From NCBI GenBank assembly GCA_965657905.1, contig CBFHPT010000002.1:218470-282469 (forward strand): a DNA stretch of 64,000 bases, given 5' to 3'. Source of the DNA: Luminiphilus sp. (GTDB taxonomy: Bacteria > Pseudomonadota > Gammaproteobacteria > Pseudomonadales > Halieaceae). The notes under the pieces are model-generated. The model saw only the letters and a program-made list of their open reading frames with translations. It had not been told where the DNA came from and searched no databases. Of this stretch, positions 53,407 to 63,999 are shown piece by piece; the first letter of the stretch is position 1; every line of letters begins with the position of its first letter. The translations under genes were made by a program, and so were the position numbers.

Positions 53407-55247
53407 TAGTCGAGCAGAGATAGATCTCTCACTGCTCCTTTGTCGGCGCTTGTGACCATTTTCGCGTAGACCTTCAGCGCCGGAGTAACTTTCCTCGGCC
53501 GTTCGTTCTTCGGTTGCCACGGTTTTTCGCTGTTGTCCATTGCCGTGCGACGCGCGGCCATTTCCTCTGCGCTGATCTTCACGTCAATTCGCCGATTGGG
53601 AATATCGATTTCGATAGTATCCCCTTGTTCGACGAGACCGATTGCGCCCCCTGCTGCCGCCTCGGGCGACGCATGGCCGATGGATAGGCCCGACGTTCCG
53701 CCAGAAAAACGCCCGTCAGTGACCAGCGCGCAGGCGGCACCGAGGCCTTTCGACTTTAGATAACTTGTCGGATAAAGCATTTCCTGCATGCCGGGTCCGC
53801 CGCGAGGCCCCTCGTAACGCACAACCACCACGTCACCTGCTTTAACGCGATCTTCCAAAATATCGGCAACAGCAGCCTCCTGACTCTCACAGACGTGAGC
53901 GGGACCTGAGAACATCAAAATACTGTCATCGACGCCGGCAGTTTTCACAACACAGCCGTTCTCTGCGATGTTGCCAAAGAGCACTGCGAGTCCACCCTCT
54001 TGCGAGTAGGCATTGGCGACATCACGAATACAGCCACCGCTGCGATCAACATCGAGACTGGGCCAGCGTGTGGCCTGACTAAAGGCGGTCTGGGTTGGAA
54101 TTCCCGCAGGACCCGCCGAGTACATTTCTTTTACCGCCGCATCTTCACTGACAGCGATGTCCCAGTTGGCCAGTGCTTCGCCCATTGTCTGCGAATGAAC
54201 GGTATAGGTTTCTGTCTTAAGCAGACCGCCGCGAGCCAGCTCCCCGAGGATTGCCATAACGCCCCCAGCACGGTGAACGTCTTCCATGTGGTACTTCTGG
54301 GTACTCGGCGCCACCTTACAGAGTTGCGGCACGCGCCGGCTTAACACGTCAATTTCCTGAAGACCAAAATCGAGCTCGGCTTCCTGCGCCGCTGCGAGCA
54401 GGTGCAAAATGGTGTTGGTTGAGCCACCCATGGCGATATCGAGACACATGGCGTTCTCAAAGGCCGCACGATTCGCAATAGTGCGCGGCAGAGCGGACTC
54501 GTCATCCTGTTCATACCACCGGCGCGCTAGCGAAACGACTAGCCGACCTGCCCGTCGAAAAAGTTGTTCTCGATCGGCGTGGGTGGCCAAAAGCGAGCCG
54601 TTGCCGGGCAAGCTGAGGCCGAGCGCCTCGGTTAGGCAATTCATACTGTTAGCCGTGAACATCCCGGAACATGAACCGCAGGTGGGGCAGGCCGAGCGCT
54701 CGTAAGCTTCGACGGTTTCGTCATCGACGCTGCTGTCTGCGGCGATGACCATGGCATCGACCAAATCGAGTTTGTGTTCTGACAGTGCGGTCTTGCCCGC
54801 TTCCATTGGCCCGCCCGATACAAACACGACCGGAATGTTGAGGCGCATTGCGGCGTTGAGCATTCCCGGTGTGATCTTGTCACAATTGGAGATGCACACC
54901 ATCGCATCGGCGCAGTGTGCGTTAACCATGTATTCGACAGAATCGGTAATCACATCTCTTGAGGGCAGGCTGTACAGCATGCCGTCGTGTCCCATCGCGA
55001 TGCCATCGTCGACAGCAATGGTGTTGAATTCCTTCGCGACACCGCCGGCGGATTCAATCTCCCGTGCAACCAACTGCCCGAGGTCCTTGAGGTGTACATG
55101 TCCGGGGACGAATTGGGTGAAGGAGTTCACGACTGCAATGATTGGCTTTTCGAAATCGCCATCCTTCATGCCGGTGGCTCGCCAAAGCGCGCGTGCGCCT
55201 GCCATATTGCGACCAGCGGTCGAAGTTCGGGAGCGGTATTGGGGCAT
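53406..55247 (-). CDS. ilvD: dihydroxy-acid dehydratase
   Basis: A 613-aa ORF with N-terminus [26 protein letters not shown] and the Fe-S cluster motif CDKITPGM, the canonical IlvD features. Confidence 0.97.
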   Translation of the reverse strand: MPQYRSRTSTAGRNMAGARALWRATGMKDGDFEKPIIAVVNSFTQFVPGHVHLKDLGQLVAREIESAGGVAKEFNTIAVDDGIAMGHDGMLYSLPSRDVITDSVEYMVNAHCADAMVCISNCDKITPGMLNAAMRLNIPVVFVSGGPMEAGKTALSEHKLDLVDAMVIAADSSVDDETVEAYERSACPTCGSCSGMFTANSMNCLTEALGLSLPGNGSLLATHADREQLFRRAGRLVVSLARRWYEQDDESALPRTIANRAAFENAMCLDIAMGGSTNTILHLLAAAQEAELDFGLQEIDVLSRRVPQLCKVAPSTQKYHMEDVHRAGGVMAILGELARGGLLKTETYTVHSQTMGEALANWDIAVSEDAAVKEMYSAGPAGIPTQTAFSQATRWPSLDVDRSGGCIRDVANAYSQEGGLAVLFGNIAENGCVVKTAGVDDSILMFSGPAHVCESQEAAVADILEDRVKAGDVVVVRYEGPRGGPGMQEMLYPTSYLKSKGLGAACALVTDGRFSGGTSGLSIGHASPEAAAGGAIGLVEQGDTIEIDIPNRRIDVKISAEEMAARRTAMDNSEKPWQPKNERPRKVTPALKVYAKMVTSADKGAVRDLSLLD

Positions 55248-55303
55248 GGTGAAAGGCCTCTATTTCAGACGGGGGACGAGTCTACCAGAGCTTTTTACTG
55301 GTG

Positions 55304-56608
55304 CTAGTGGATCGATTTAAGTAAGACTTTTGAATTGCGCTGTAAGTTATAGAGCTGTTTTCGGGACTCGGGCAACGCCTCAAGATCTGCTTCAGTAAAA
55401 CCCTGTTCTCTAAACCAGTGAGTGGTTTGGGTAGTGAGCACAAAAAGCTGCGTAACACCCTGATCTTTCGCCTGCTGCTCGATAATACGCAGCAGGTGCT
55501 CGCCCCGCCCAGCGCCTCGATAGTCGCTGTGGGTTGCAATGCAGGCGACCTCGGCCATTTGTGACTCACTAAACGGATAGAGCGCCGCGCAGGCAATGAT
55601 ACGACCGTCGCGCTCTAGCACTCGGAAATTACTGATTTCCTGCTCTAGTAGCTCCCTTGAACGTCGAACTAGAACGCCCTGCTCCTCTAAAGGGGTAACC
55701 AAGTCCAGAACCCCAGGGATGTCATCGATGGATGCTGGGCGGGCTCGTTCAAAATCATCCTGACTGATCAGCGTCCCAGTACCGTCGTGGGTGAAGAGCT
55801 CTTCGATGAGCGCTCCGTTGCGGTGGTAATTGATCAGGTGCGCGCGCGCCACCCCTTGAGTGCAGGCCCGACATGCCGCATCTCGATGGGCCGCCTGAAT
55901 TTCATCGGAGACTGGCAAGCCCTGTGCCTGCTCAATCGTGCACTGGGCAACCAAATTACCGTCGCTGTCGTTGAGTCCATCGTTCGCGTCCATGATGATG
56001 AGCTTGTCTGCACCGGTTGCAATGGCCGCCGTTGTGGCCAGCTCATCAGAGCTCAGGTTGAATACCTCACCAGTTGGTGAAAAGCCCAAGGGCGATAGCA
56101 GAACGATTGCTTGATTATCGAGAGCAGTGGCGATTCCCGTGGCATCTAGGCGTCTCACTGCGCCGGTAAATTGAAAATCCACGCCGTCTACGACACCCAA
56201 TGGCCGTGCAGTGACAAAGTTGCCACTTATCACCCGCAGCCGCGCACCGCGCATGGGGGAATCGGGAAGACCCATGGACAGCCGGCTCTCCAGATTGAGC
56301 CGCTGTGCGGCGGTGATCTCGCGCACAATTCCCAGCACCGAAGGATCAGTGACACGAACTCCGCGGTGAAGGTGACTTTTGATTCCCCGTTCCACCAGCG
56401 CCGTTTCAATGGCGTTGCGAGTGCCGTGCACCAGCACTAATCGGATGCCCAGCAGGTGAATCAGCGCAAAATCGTGAATCAGGTTGCGAGCTTCGGGTCT
56501 GTCGAGCGCACCGCTGCCCAGATACACCACAAAAGTTTTTCCTTTGTGGCTTCGAATATAGGGTCCCGTGTGTCGGAACCACTCAATGGTGTTGGTCTGG
56601 ATGGTCAC
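55304..56608 (-). CDS. argA: amino-acid N-acetyltransferase (N-acetylglutamate synthase)
   Basis: A 434-aa ORF with an N-terminal amino-acid kinase domain and a C-terminal GNAT domain (HSDYRGAGRGEHLL). Confidence 0.92.
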   Translation of the reverse strand: MTIQTNTIEWFRHTGPYIRSHKGKTFVVYLGSGALDRPEARNLIHDFALIHLLGIRLVLVHGTRNAIETALVERGIKSHLHRGVRVTDPSVLGIVREITAAQRLNLESRLSMGLPDSPMRGARLRVISGNFVTARPLGVVDGVDFQFTGAVRRLDATGIATALDNQAIVLLSPLGFSPTGEVFNLSSDELATTAAIATGADKLIIMDANDGLNDSDGNLVAQCTIEQAQGLPVSDEIQAAHRDAACRACTQGVARAHLINYHRNGALIEELFTHDGTGTLISQDDFERARPASIDDIPGVLDLVTPLEEQGVLVRRSRELLEQEISNFRVLERDGRIIACAALYPFSESQMAEVACIATHSDYRGAGRGEHLLRIIEQQAKDQGVTQLFVLTTQTTHWFREQGFTEADLEALPESRKQLYNLQRNSKVLLKSIH

Positions 56609-56683
56609 AGCGCTCTAACCCAGTGGCGATTTAGTGAAGCCTACCGGAAACTCGCAGTTCGGGTCTGCGCAATTGTTTGGATT

Positions 56684-57883
56684 TCACTGTCGCCGGCAAC
56701 AATAATGTCCGATCGTTTGCTCGAGAATTTTCAGTGCAGGAGTGAGCTGGTCGAGGGCGAGGTGCTCGTCGGGTTGATGGGCGCAGTCGATAGACCCCGG
56801 GCCGAGGACAATGGTTTCAAGACCGAGTCGCTGCAAAAAAGGTGCCTCAGTGGCGTAATTGACTGCTTCTGCCGGTACTCCGGTTACGGATTCGACGACT
56901 TTTACGAGTTTTGCATCGGTGGATTCTTCAAAGGCGTCAATTGGCTGGACCAGGCGGCGCATGCTCACATCGAGGCCTCGCTCGGTGGCGAGCAGCTCAA
57001 TACAGCGTTGCAACGATGCTTCGACAACCGAGAAATCTAGACCAGGCACCATGCGCACATCAAAGTGCAGCTCTACCGCACCACAGATCCGATTGGGGCT
57101 ATCTCCCCCGTGTAGGCAGCCGAAGTTTAGGGTCGGCGCAGGTATTTGTAGAAGCGCACAGTGATAACGGGCAGCGAGTTCGGTTCGCAGCTCATCGAGC
57201 AGCTGGAGTAGTCGAGGCAATCCTTCAATCGCGTTGTTACCCAGTGCCGGGTTAGAGGAATGACCGCTTTGGCCGCGTAATTTAATCGCCTGCATCATGA
57301 TGCCTTTGTGTAGGCGTACCGGACGCAGGGACGTGGGTTCGCCAATGATGACCGCCTCGGCGCCCGCTAAAGCGGTGCTTTCAAGGGCGCGGGCCCCATT
57401 CATTGAGCTTTCTTCGTCAGCGGTGGCAAGGATGTAGAGGGGTGCTCGCAGTGCCGACGGATCGATTCGACTTGCCGCAGCAAGTGCCATGGCAAAAAAC
57501 CCCTTCATATCGGCGCTGCCCAAGCCAAATAGCTTGCCATCCCGCTCCGTGAGGGTCAGTGGATCACTGGTCCAGCGCCCCTCATCAAAGGGCACGGTAT
57601 CCGTGTGCCCTGAGAGTACTAATCCGCCTCTGGGCTGCTCGTGAGCTTGATCTCCCGATTCAGGAAGCGGTTTCTCGGGCCCCAATCTTGCGATTAAATT
57701 TGCTTTGTCACTGCCTGGCAACGGCAGGATTTCGGTTGTAAAACCCTGAGCTTCAGCGAATTCAGCGAGCCGCTCAATGACGCGCCGGTTACTGCTATCC
57801 CAGTTGGGGTCAGTCGAGCTGACCGAGGGCAAGGCAACCAGTTCACTGATCTGGCGAGTAACGGTTTGTTCGATTGTAGGCAT
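56684..57883 (-). CDS. argE: acetylornithine deacetylase
   Basis: A 399-aa M20-family peptidase ORF (LVLSGHTDTVP, ATADEES), adjacent to argA. Confidence 0.85.
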   Translation of the reverse strand: MPTIEQTVTRQISELVALPSVSSTDPNWDSSNRRVIERLAEFAEAQGFTTEILPLPGSDKANLIARLGPEKPLPESGDQAHEQPRGGLVLSGHTDTVPFDEGRWTSDPLTLTERDGKLFGLGSADMKGFFAMALAAASRIDPSALRAPLYILATADEESSMNGARALESTALAGAEAVIIGEPTSLRPVRLHKGIMMQAIKLRGQSGHSSNPALGNNAIEGLPRLLQLLDELRTELAARYHCALLQIPAPTLNFGCLHGGDSPNRICGAVELHFDVRMVPGLDFSVVEASLQRCIELLATERGLDVSMRRLVQPIDAFEESTDAKLVKVVESVTGVPAEAVNYATEAPFLQRLGLETIVLGPGSIDCAHQPDEHLALDQLTPALKILEQTIGHYCCRRQ

Positions 57884-57910
57884 GGCGATTCCTCTTGCGG
57901 AGCTAACAGC

Positions 57911-59176
57911 CTAGCCAAAAATGCCTTGCAGTAGGTAGAAGAACACCACTGCGAGTACAGCAGCGACGGGTAGGGTCACGACCCACGAAACGACAATTTG
58001 CCGCACGACACCTAAGTTAACGGCATTAATGCCCCGCGCGAGGCCAACCCCAAGGACGGCGCCGACCAGCGTATGCGTTGTCGAAATCGGCAGACCGGTA
58101 CCGGAGGCGAGTACCACGGTCCCCGCAGCACCCAGCTCTGCTGCAAAGCCTCGACTGGGGGTTAGCTCTGTGATTTTCTGGCCAATGGTTTTCATTACTC
58201 GCCAGCCAAACGTGGCGAGCCCAACGACAATACCGGCAGCACCAATTAGTAGAATCCACCCGGGCATCGCCGACTGAGCAGCAATTTCGCCGCCAGAGCG
58301 CAGTGTTTGAACGACGGCGGCAAGAGGCCCGACGGCATTAGCCACATCGTTCGAGCCGTGGGCGAACGCCATCGAGCAGGCGGTGAAGATCATAAGCACA
58401 CCGAAAACCTTTTCCAGGCCCACATCACCCCGCCGGCCCGCCAAGCGCCGTAACAGCACAGCTCCGAGCGTTGCGACCAATAATCCGGCAATTGTCGAGA
58501 GCAGCGCAGCATCAACAAACTGCGAGCCAGTGCCTAAATTCACCTCGGCGCCCACGTGCTTGAGACCCTTGAGCAGGGTCACCATTGAAATCATAAAACC
58601 GACAATCCACATGTATACCGGGATCAGGCGGATAGCGCGCTCAGTTGCATTGTCGTGATCAAGAATGAGCTTCTGAACGCTGGTGAATAGCAGAAAGGAC
58701 AGTCCTCCTGCGAGAACAGGTGAGACAACCCAACTGGCCGCGATTGAGCCGACTTTGACCCAGTTGACTGCGTCAACGGAGATGGCAACGCTGCTAAAGC
58801 CAACAATGGCGCCGACAATCGAGTGAGTCGTGGAGACCGGCCAACCGCGCATGCTGGCGATCATCAGCCAAGTCGCCGCGGCCAGTAACGCTGCGGTCAT
58901 TCCGTACACAAATTGCTCGGGAATATCGGTAAAAACCGCGGGATCAATGATGCCTTTGCGAATTGTCGAGGTGACTTCGCCGCCGGCGAGGAAAGCCCCC
59001 ATGAACTCGAACACCACCGCGATGAGGATCGCTTGGCGAAGTGTAAGGGCGCGGGCACCCACCGAGGTCCCCATGGCATTGGCGACGTCATTGGCACCGA
59101 TGCCCCAAGCCATATAGAAGCCGAAAATGGCGACGAGTCCCAGCAGTACTGTGCCGTGGCTCGAGATGATATCCAT
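57911..59176 (-). CDS. pit: inorganic phosphate transporter, PiT family
   Basis: A 421-aa polytopic ORF with the duplicated PiT signature GANDVANA (GANDVANAMGTSVG and GSNDVANAVGPL). Confidence 0.92.
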   Translation of the reverse strand: MDIISSHGTVLLGLVAIFGFYMAWGIGANDVANAMGTSVGARALTLRQAILIAVVFEFMGAFLAGGEVTSTIRKGIIDPAVFTDIPEQFVYGMTAALLAAATWLMIASMRGWPVSTTHSIVGAIVGFSSVAISVDAVNWVKVGSIAASWVVSPVLAGGLSFLLFTSVQKLILDHDNATERAIRLIPVYMWIVGFMISMVTLLKGLKHVGAEVNLGTGSQFVDAALLSTIAGLLVATLGAVLLRRLAGRRGDVGLEKVFGVLMIFTACSMAFAHGSNDVANAVGPLAAVVQTLRSGGEIAAQSAMPGWILLIGAAGIVVGLATFGWRVMKTIGQKITELTPSRGFAAELGAAGTVVLASGTGLPISTTHTLVGAVLGVGLARGINAVNLGVVRQIVVSWVVTLPVAAVLAVVFFYLLQGIFG

Positions 59177-59221
59177 GGGAAATCCGATGCTTATGTTTAG
59201 TTTCGAGCGTCAAACTATACG

Positions 59222-59268
59222 CGCTCTAGTGGTCGCGGGGAATATCCTAATATTGCGACCATAGAGCG
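59222..59268. promoter_or_regulatory. extended imperfect palindrome in the pit / ATPase divergent intergenic region
   Basis: The sequence is CGCTCTA-GT-GGTCGC-[18-nt loop]-GCGACC-A-TAGAGCG, giving 13 paired positions. The loop segment AATATCCTA (59241-59249) is also perfectly complementary to TAGGATATT at 59287-59295. Confidence 0.45.
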
Positions 59269-59337
59269 ACCTGCATGACATTGGCGTAGGATATTTTCCG
59301 GCTGTGATAGCGCCGTATCTGCGCGTAAACTCACCCC

Positions 59338-61107
59338 ATGGAAAAAAACATTCAGATGCCGCCCGAAACGCGCCTCGATGTCGCTTCACTCGCAGAGGGG
59401 CTGCATCGCGCGGGGCGTCTGTCGGTGAAGAATCTGGCGCGTTTGCGATCCAATAACCACACGGCGCTCCACCCCGTGGTTTTTCTTGCCGAGCAAAAAT
59501 TGAGTGATCTGGCTAATCCCGGGTTGTTGCTAGACATGCCCGCACTGTTGGGGTTCCTGTCTGAAGAGACAGGCCAGTCGGTTGCCGACATCGATCCGCT
59601 CAAGATAGACGTCGCTGCGGTTGCCGAGGTCATGTCCCAGGCCTTCGCCCAGCGGCATCAAATTTTGGCGGTTGCTGTCGATAAAGAGTCGGTGACCATC
59701 GCCAGCGCGGACCCTTGGATAACCCGTTGGGAGACCGATTTGGAGCACGTCGTGCGCCGGCCAATTAAGCGAGTGCTCGCTGATCCCCGCGATATTGCCC
59801 GACACACAAAAGAGTTCTACACCATGGCGCGCTCAGTACAGGGCGCGCGGTCCCGATCCTTGGATGGTCAGGGCAAGGTGGTCAATCTTGAGGCGATGCT
59901 TGAACTTGGTAGCAAAGGTGAGCCCGACGCCAATGACCAGCACGTTGTCAGTGTCGTGGATTGGCTGTTGCAGTACGCGTTTGAGCAGCGAGCCAGTGAT
60001 ATTCACATCGAGCCCCGCCGCGACGTGGGCAACGTCCGTCTGCGCATCGACGGCGTTTTACACAAAGTTTACGAATTGCCGGCGGCGGTCGCCGCAGCGG
60101 TCACGAGTCGATTCAAGATTCTGGCGCGACTGGACGTGGCCGAAAAGCGGCGTCCGCAGGACGGCCGCCTCAAGACCCGGACACCCGAGGGCAACGAGGT
60201 CGAGCTGCGGCTGTCGACACTGCCCACGGCCTTTGGCGAAAAGTTGGTCATGCGAATATTTGACCCCGACGTGTTGCTTAAGGGTTTTGACGAGCTTGGC
60301 CTGCGCGGGGATGACTACAGTCGTTGGGAGACAATGATTGGTCAGGGGACGGGCATCGTGTTGGTGACTGGACCCACGGGTTCAGGCAAAACAACAACTT
60401 TATATTCCACCTTACGGCGCCTCGCCACGGACGAGGTAAATGTCTGCACCATCGAGGATCCCATCGAAATGGTGGAGTCGTCGTTCAACCAGATGCAGGT
60501 CAACCATCAGATAAGCTTGGACTTTGCCTCGGGGGTGCGGGCGCTCATGCGCCAAGATCCCGATATCATCATGGTCGGTGAGATCCGAGATCTGGAGACG
60601 GCGCATATGGCTATCCAGGCGGCGCTTACCGGACACTTGGTCCTGAGTACCCTCCATACCAACGACTCCCCCGGCGCCATTTCGCGACTGAGTGAGCTTG
60701 GAGTGCCAGCATTTTTGATTCGCGCCACCGTGCGCGGTGTCATGTCGCAGCGCTTGGTTCGGACCTTGTGCAACAGTTGTAAGCGGCTCGGGCCCGCCGA
60801 TCCGGTGGCTTGGCAGGCATTGGTCGGCGAGCGGGGCCCCAGCTGTCCAGATCGGCTTTACCGCCCGGTAGGTTGTAAACAGTGCCGAGATACCGGTTAT
60901 CGTGGACGCGAAGGTATTTATGAAGTGCTCGTGTCAGATCCGGCATTACAGGCACACATCGTTGACGCGCACTCGACCAGTGAGCTCCGTCAGGCTGGTG
61001 TTGCCGGCGGTATGACGCCTCTGCGACTCGCTGGCGCCGAAAAAATTGTCAGTGGTGAAACCACTGTCGAGGAAGTTCTGCGTGTTGCGCCTGCGCTTGA
61101 GGATTAG
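59338..61107 (+). CDS. GspE/PilB-family secretion ATPase (orphan)
   Basis: A 589-aa ORF with a T2SSE_N-like N-terminal domain, Walker A GPTGSGKTTT, Walker B DPDIIMVGEIRD, the His box GHLVLSTLHTN and a tetracysteine motif (CNSC...CKQC). No partner pil, gsp or tad genes are in the window. Confidence 0.9.
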   Translation: MEKNIQMPPETRLDVASLAEGLHRAGRLSVKNLARLRSNNHTALHPVVFLAEQKLSDLANPGLLLDMPALLGFLSEETGQSVADIDPLKIDVAAVAEVMSQAFAQRHQILAVAVDKESVTIASADPWITRWETDLEHVVRRPIKRVLADPRDIARHTKEFYTMARSVQGARSRSLDGQGKVVNLEAMLELGSKGEPDANDQHVVSVVDWLLQYAFEQRASDIHIEPRRDVGNVRLRIDGVLHKVYELPAAVAAAVTSRFKILARLDVAEKRRPQDGRLKTRTPEGNEVELRLSTLPTAFGEKLVMRIFDPDVLLKGFDELGLRGDDYSRWETMIGQGTGIVLVTGPTGSGKTTTLYSTLRRLATDEVNVCTIEDPIEMVESSFNQMQVNHQISLDFASGVRALMRQDPDIIMVGEIRDLETAHMAIQAALTGHLVLSTLHTNDSPGAISRLSELGVPAFLIRATVRGVMSQRLVRTLCNSCKRLGPADPVAWQALVGERGPSCPDRLYRPVGCKQCRDTGYRGREGIYEVLVSDPALQAHIVDAHSTSELRQAGVAGGMTPLRLAGAEKIVSGETTVEEVLRVAPALED

Positions 61108-61134
61108 TTGGCGACAGCGCCAGTCGGGTAACCC

Positions 61135-63999
61135 GTGTCGCTGACGCAATCTTTGGCAGATTGTCTGCCTGCAGCCTGGGACAGGATAGCGACCCTCGCG
61201 GGCGATGATAGCCTTCGACATCTACGTGCACGTTTAAAGGCGTGTGGGCGGTTTGAACAGGTCGAGCGCCTGGTGGCCGTTAGCCCTTTTTTTGTGGAGC
61301 AACTGGCACAAAATGCCGACTGGGTTGCGGACAACGTGGCGACGGATTGGCTTGAAGACCGAAGCTGGAGCCTTGATGACTGGCGCGAAGCGCTGGCCCT
61401 ATTTACCGCAGGGGCCGATGACGAAGCCGGATTTATGGCCGCTTTGCGTCGCTTTCGTAGCCGAGAAATGCTGCGGATTGTCTGGCGCGATTTTTCGGGC
61501 GGTGCCAATTTAGACGCCACCGTTGCAGACGTTTCCCGGCTTGCTGATACCACGATCGAAGCCGCGGTCGAGCGGGCGGGTCAGGGCCTGACGCCTCGCT
61601 ACGGACAGCCCGTGGGTCGCGATACGGGTCGTGTCCAAGAATTGATTGTGCTTGGCATGGGAAAGCTCGGCGGTGAAGAGCTCAACCTATCGTCAGATAT
61701 TGATCTGATCTTTACGTATCCCGAGGCAGGTCAAACAGAGGGTGGTCGAACCTCAGTCTCCAATCAGGAGTACTTCATCAAGCTTGGGCAGGGGGTGATT
61801 CGCTTCCTCGATACGGTCACAGCCAACGGATTCGTGTTTCGCGTCGATATGCGCTTGCGGCCCTACGGCGATAGTGGCGCCTTGGTATCGAGTTTCGATG
61901 CCCTCGAGCTTTACTACCAGGAGCAGGGCAGGGAGTGGGAGCGTTATGCCCTGATGAAGGCACGGCCAATCACCGGACATCCAGATGCGTTGGCTCCGCT
62001 CAATGAGATGATTCGAGCGTTTGTATTTAGGCGCTATACCGACTTTGGCGTGATCGAAAGCCTGCGCGATATGAAGGCCATGATTCTGGCGGAAATCCGC
62101 CGTCAGGGTTTATCAGACAACATAAAAAAAGGTGAGGGCGGTATTCGAGAAATCGAGTTCATCGCCCAGTGTCTCCAGTTGATTCATGGCGGCCGAGATC
62201 GAACTCTGCAGTTGCCTGGCTTGGAGCCCGCGCTGGAATCGATTCGTAGGGCGCAGCTGCTCCCCGGCGACGTGATCGATGAGCTAATCAGCGCTTATCG
62301 CTGGCTGCGCGACTGCGAGCACGCGTTGCAGGGCATGGAAGATCGTCAAACCCAGACCCTGCCAGTCGAGCCACTCAGCCGTGAGCGCGTTGCCACAATC
62401 ATGGGGCTGCCAAATTGGTCGGCCCTCATTGAGACTCTCAATGGTCATCGAGATGCGGTAGCGCGTCATTTTGCTGAGCTCATTGCTCCGGCAACGCACT
62501 CGATCAGTAATGAAGATACGCTGCAGTTTGCCACGCTGGGATTGGCTAGCCTCACGGAACTTAATTTCGATAATCCCTCAGAGAGCTGGGGATTGATCGA
62601 GCGTTATCTGTTGAGTAGTCGCTTTCAGGTTTTGCAGGGCGATAGCCGCCAGCGCGTTGAACGTTTCTTGCCGCGGCTGTGCGTGGCGGCAGCGAAGAGT
62701 TCAGCGTCGGGGCTTGTCTTGGAGCGACTCCTGCCGTTTGTCGAGGCAGTTTCACGACGCAGCGCGTATCTGGTTCTACTCGAGGAAAATCCACAGGCCT
62801 TGGCCCAACTTATATTGCTAGCCGCCAAGAGCCCCTGGATTGCGGACCGGTTGGCCCAACGACCGGATCTGCTCGACGAGTTGTTGGATATTGACCGGTT
62901 GACGTCGGCCCCCGATCGGAGCGCCATTCAGTCCTTGGTTCGTCAGCAGCTTTTGCGCGTACCCGAGGAGGATTTAGAGGCGCAGATGCTTGCCTTGGGG
63001 CGCATAAAAGATAGTGTCGTTTTGCGCGTTGCCGCCAGTGAGCTGAGCGATCATCTACCCCTGATGAAGGTCAGCGATTACCTCACTTTTCTCGCCGAGG
63101 TCATTGTAGAGCAGGCCATTCATGTGGCGCGTGCCGAATTGGTTCAGCGTCACGGCCAGCCCCAGGGCGAGCGGACCGGTTTTGCCGTTCTTGGCTACGG
63201 AAAGTTAGGTGGCATTGAGCTCAGCTACGGCTCTGATTTGGACCTAGTGTTTGTCTATGAGGGGGATGACGGTGAGACCGATGGTCCGCGCCCGATAGAC
63301 AACGTGCGCTTTTTTACCCGACTTGCCCAGCGAGTGACCCATGTTCTGTCCACCAAAATGGCCGCGGGCCGGCTGTATGAGGTGGATCTTCGGCTGCGCC
63401 CTCATGGAGATTCCGGGCTGGTAGCGGTCTCGGTGACGGGTTTACGCAAGTATCAGCTTGAATCTGCGTGGACCTGGGAGCATCAAGCGTTGGTGCGCAC
63501 TCGAGCGCTGGCAGGGGACAGTCACCTCACGAGAACACTCTCTGAGCTTCGTAAAGAGGTGTTGTGTTTGGCAAGAGACTCCACCACGCTCATTGATGAA
63601 GTTGTGTCGATGCGTAGGCGTATGCTCAAGGCCGGAACTCAAAAAATAGACGTTCCTTACGGCTGCTTCGACCTGAAACGTGACCCTGGTGGTATTGTCG
63701 ATATCGAATTTGTGGTGCAATACCTTGTTCTAGAACACGCTCGAACGATCCCTGCTTTGACCGAGTGGTCTGATGTGGTTCGAATTATCGAATCACTCCA
63801 GCAGCATGCTGTATTGCCCGAACAGGATGCCAGCGGTTTGGTAGATGCTTATCTTGCATATCGCTCGGCTGTCCATACGACAGCGTTGCAGGGTGAACAA
63901 GCTGTGGGTCGGGCAGGCGATTTTGAGCAACATTTGAAGCATGTGATTGCCGTCAGGGAGCGTTTGCTTCCGGGAATAACCGACGAGTTACCGTCGTAG
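61135..63999 (+). CDS. glnE: bifunctional glutamine synthetase adenylyltransferase / adenylyl-removing enzyme
   Basis: A 954-aa ORF with a GTG start and two nucleotidyltransferase repeats (GMGKLGGEELNLSSDIDLIF and GYGKLGGIELSYGSDLDLVF). Confidence 0.95.
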   Translation: MSLTQSLADCLPAAWDRIATLAGDDSLRHLRARLKACGRFEQVERLVAVSPFFVEQLAQNADWVADNVATDWLEDRSWSLDDWREALALFTAGADDEAGFMAALRRFRSREMLRIVWRDFSGGANLDATVADVSRLADTTIEAAVERAGQGLTPRYGQPVGRDTGRVQELIVLGMGKLGGEELNLSSDIDLIFTYPEAGQTEGGRTSVSNQEYFIKLGQGVIRFLDTVTANGFVFRVDMRLRPYGDSGALVSSFDALELYYQEQGREWERYALMKARPITGHPDALAPLNEMIRAFVFRRYTDFGVIESLRDMKAMILAEIRRQGLSDNIKKGEGGIREIEFIAQCLQLIHGGRDRTLQLPGLEPALESIRRAQLLPGDVIDELISAYRWLRDCEHALQGMEDRQTQTLPVEPLSRERVATIMGLPNWSALIETLNGHRDAVARHFAELIAPATHSISNEDTLQFATLGLASLTELNFDNPSESWGLIERYLLSSRFQVLQGDSRQRVERFLPRLCVAAAKSSASGLVLERLLPFVEAVSRRSAYLVLLEENPQALAQLILLAAKSPWIADRLAQRPDLLDELLDIDRLTSAPDRSAIQSLVRQQLLRVPEEDLEAQMLALGRIKDSVVLRVAASELSDHLPLMKVSDYLTFLAEVIVEQAIHVARAELVQRHGQPQGERTGFAVLGYGKLGGIELSYGSDLDLVFVYEGDDGETDGPRPIDNVRFFTRLAQRVTHVLSTKMAAGRLYEVDLRLRPHGDSGLVAVSVTGLRKYQLESAWTWEHQALVRTRALAGDSHLTRTLSELRKEVLCLARDSTTLIDEVVSMRRRMLKAGTQKIDVPYGCFDLKRDPGGIVDIEFVVQYLVLEHARTIPALTEWSDVVRIIESLQQHAVLPEQDASGLVDAYLAYRSAVHTTALQGEQAVGRAGDFEQHLKHVIAVRERLLPGITDELPS

